DNA of 24,190 nucleotides from an uncultured Candidatus Saccharibacteria bacterium. Lineage in GTDB: Bacteria > Patescibacteriota > Dojkabacteria > SC72. Below, in pieces: positions 23,695-24,190 of this stretch. A model generated the notes under the pieces. The model saw only the letters and a program-made list of their open reading frames with translations, was not told where the DNA came from and did not search any database. The position numbers were made by a program, and so were the translations under genes. Positions within the stretch are counted from its first letter, which is position 1, and every line of letters begins with the position of its first letter. The stretch is taken from assembly GCA_964497595.1 (NCBI GenBank), contig CAZCCQ010000001.1, positions 1 to 24,190 of the forward strand, given 5' to 3'.

Positions 23695-24189
23695 TTATCT
23701 CCCTTCTTGGTTTTTCTTTTTTCGTTTCTTTCTGATTTCCGTGATAGTAATAACGATTACTACTATTAGTAATAGTAGTCCTAGAATATATTTCCAAGGT
23801 ACTATCCAAAAGGAAGTCTCAGCTAGTAGTGGTGCAAATCCTGGTTGGAAACTTCGATATGTACTTACAAGACTTGCTTTCATAGGTCCAAAGGCTATAT
23901 CTTTGTTTTCTGTGAGTAGTGAGTCTTTCCAGTTAGTAATGTATTCTGCACTGTTTCCTCTAAGTAGACTGTGTGAGTTATCATTGAATTTGAGTCGAGC
24001 AACTTCTTTGTCGAAGATGTTTTTAACAATAATTTCTCCCGTAGGAGTAATGTGTGTTTCGCCACTATTTTTAAGTTCTGTTCCGAATGTAACATTCGGA
24101 TATTCATACCATTCTTGTTCTGTATAGAAATTTAGTAATTCTGCTTCTTCTCTTAAGTTATCTCCTATTTTGATTAGGATAGGTAAACC
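23695..24189 (-). CDS. C-terminal part of a paralogous Ig-like, C-terminally anchored membrane protein, running off the right edge
   Basis: The frame of the 62-aa track ORF is stop-free back to the window edge: GLPILIKIG...FGTELKNSGETHITPTGEIIVKNIFDKEV...SFWIVPWKYILGLLLLIVV...RKKRKKK. Confidence 0.8.
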   Translation of the reverse strand, partial: GLPILIKIGDNLREEAELLNFYTEQEWYEYPNVTFGTELKNSGETHITPTGEIIVKNIFDKEVARLKFNDNSHSLLRGNSAEYITNWKDSLLTENKDIAFGPMKASLVSTYRSFQPGFAPLLAETSFWIVPWKYILGLLLLIVVIVITITEIRKKRKKKNQEGR

Positions 24190-24190
24190 T

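Noticed and set aside
200-24127. Many 60-165 aa antisense or alternate-frame ORFs (e.g. 2158-2514, 3876-4331, 14942-15433, 20452-20823, 23741-24127)
   Set aside because: They lie wholly over well-supported genes, are Ser/Phe/Leu/Ile-rich as expected for the reverse of purine-rich coding strands, and have no recognisable motifs.
1-24190. Possible TGA recoding (code 25) as in Gracilibacteria/Absconditabacteria
   Set aside because: Conserved genes are uninterrupted under code 11, Trp uses TGG, and dprA and radC end at TGA where homologues end.

Overview
A compact, AT-rich, mostly + strand housekeeping region of a bacterial chromosome, read with standard code 11 (TGA is stop). The short rpsB-tsf-frr-rseP cluster, tiny intergenic gaps, few Shine-Dalgarno sites and membrane-anchored DUF11/Cys-rich/xPxTG surface proteins suggest a CPR/Patescibacteria genome; this is inference, not proven. 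Gene order: pbp2 (5'-truncated), dprA, topA, radC, surface protein, rpsB, tsf, frr, rseP, Cys-rich surface protein, rpsU, yqeY, ybeY, pth, YdjM-like hydrolase fusion (-), mfd, dnaX, RAYT-like HUH transposase (-), ybaB, recR, cysS, rnhC, and two paralogous Ig-like membrane proteins (-; the last runs off the window). No rRNA, tRNA, CRISPR array or clear intrinsic terminator was seen. Most notable: (1) uS2 carries a C-terminal RNA polymerase alpha-CTD-like domain; (2) EF-Ts has a tandemly duplicated N-terminal UBA-like domain; (3) Mfd stops exactly before its autoinhibitory D7 domain; (4) a candidate operator AGTCTA-N4-TAGACT overlaps both divergent hydrolase/mfd promoters; (5) a RAYT-like gene splits dnaX-ybaB-recR and is bracketed by a 12-bp near-perfect direct repeat. 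All product calls come from motif recognition by eye; no database search was run.
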